Assembly (NCBI GenBank): GCA_964548565.1
Contig: CAZJTF010000001.1
Location: 212 to 64,211, forward strand
Length of the DNA: 64,000 nucleotides
Direction of reading: 5' to 3'
DNA from: an uncultured Planctomycetales bacterium
Lineage (GTDB): Bacteria; Planctomycetota; Phycisphaerae; UBA1845; PWPN01
This document shows, piece by piece, positions 63,305-64,000 of this stretch; position 1 is the stretch's first letter, and each line of letters opens with the position of its first letter. Under the pieces are notes generated by a model. It searched no databases. It was not told the DNA's origin and worked only from the letters and a program-made list of their open reading frames with translations. Both the position numbers and the translations under genes were made by a program.

Positions 63305-64000
63305 ATGAACGGGGTCCTGGCTCGGGCCTGGCGTTTCCAGGCTGTCGTTGTCGCTGTCAACATTCTGGGGATCATCTGGATCCATCACGACCTGACGCGG
63401 GGAAGTGGTCCGCGTCTGCGCGTGCTGTCGGCACTCCCGGCCCATGATGCGTACGGGGCGGACCGCCTCACGCTCATTTTTGACGATGCACTCCCCCTCG
63501 GCGGCGAGCCGGGTCGTGGCCTCGAGCAGCCACCATTCGTCCTCGAGCCCGCGGTGGCCGGACAGTGGTTCTGGCCCGTCGCCGACCGCCTTGAATACCG
63601 TCTCCGCGAGCCGCTTCCGCCGGGCCGCCGATTCAAACTCGTACCTTCGCCTGATCTCGAACGTCTGACCGGCCGCACCCTGGTCGGACCCCGCGAGTTC
63701 AAATTCGAAACCCGCCCGCTCCGTCTGGAATCGTGCGTTCCCACCGGTCCCGATCGCACGCACGTCAGCCTTGAGCTGCGGTTCAACCAGCCGGTCAATC
63801 CCGGCGCGCTCCTCCGCTATGTGCGCCTCCAGGACGTCGCCGCGCGGTCGCTCGAGCCGCGATGCCTGACGCAGAAGCCATCCGAGACGATCACCCTCCG
63901 CGTTCCCCGCGGCATGGGCGACTCTATCGGTGTCTTCGTGGGAAGAGGCCTCACCGGCAGCGGCGGCGAACTTCCACTCGGCGTCGACGCGCAGCACCAG
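63305..64000 (+). CDS. N-terminal 232 codons of a membrane-anchored extracellular protein, continuing past the window end
   Basis: Hand translation from the ATG at 63305 is open to the last base. It has an N-terminal TM segment (AWRFQAVVVAVNILGIIWI) and high GC3. It is not in the ORF track because it has no stop inside the window. The listed minus-strand ORF 63290..63997 is its exact codon-for-codon antisense. Confidence 0.55.
   Translation, partial: MNGVLARAWRFQAVVVAVNILGIIWIHHDLTRGSGPRLRVLSALPAHDAYGADRLTLIFDDALPLGGEPGRGLEQPPFVLEPAVAGQWFWPVADRLEYRLREPLPPGRRFKLVPSPDLERLTGRTLVGPREFKFETRPLRLESCVPTGPDRTHVSLELRFNQPVNPGALLRYVRLQDVAARSLEPRCLTQKPSETITLRVPRGMGDSIGVFVGRGLTGSGGELPLGVDAQHQ

Noticed and set aside
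63285-63330. tRNA-like T-arm (minus strand catGGTTCGACTCCgtg)
   Set aside because: No matching 5' acceptor strand, anticodon arm or D-arm could be found in the required positions. The segment overlaps the start of the plus-strand CDS.
63290-63997. 235-aa minus-strand ORF at the window end
   Set aside because: It is codon-for-codon antisense to an open plus-strand frame that has an ATG, a TM segment and G/C-rich third positions. Its own product (…RRYEFESAARRKRLAETV…) has no signal or motif. The plus-strand partial CDS is preferred, but this is not certain.

Overview
High-GC bacterial chromosomal segment. The gene content points to Planctomycetota, probably a Phycisphaerae-like organism (inference): DUF1559/HX9DG prepilin-type pseudopilins with the [16 protein letters not shown] leader, PEP-CTERM tails, a TAT-signal Gfo/Idh/MocA oxidoreductase, and giant LamG/BNR_4 proteins.

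Layout:
- 1-30.5 kb: mostly housekeeping and metabolic genes. These are the pntA end plus pntB, an MFS transporter, dus, DedA, rplU, a four-PDZ HtrA, moaC, a threonine aldolase-ALDH-DSD1 operon, a nagA-like gene, an SDR, uvrC and lepB. Oddities among them are a secreted metzincin/beta-helix protein, an in-frame palindromic repeat inside dus, a pair of secreted low-complexity proteins, a catalytically dead HtrA paralogue, and a decayed toxin-antitoxin module.
- 30.7-41.2 kb: a collagen-like lipoprotein and a PEP-CTERM protein, followed by a glycan-related block (sugar-phosphate isomerase, ceramidase-like+LamG, Gfo/Idh/MocA, GH78 rhamnosidase).
- 41.5-42.2 kb: an intact vapBC.
- 42.2-62.8 kb: nine co-directional minus-strand genes for secreted proteins, arranged as two parallel cassettes. 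This is the best candidate for an undescribed system.
- 63.3 kb to the window end: a plus-strand gene that runs off the window and is absent from the ORF track.

I found no rRNA, tRNA, CRISPR array, transposase, integrase or reverse transcriptase by eye. Many long ORFs in the supplied track are antisense shadows typical of high-GC DNA. All family assignments come from motif recognition by eye, not from searches.
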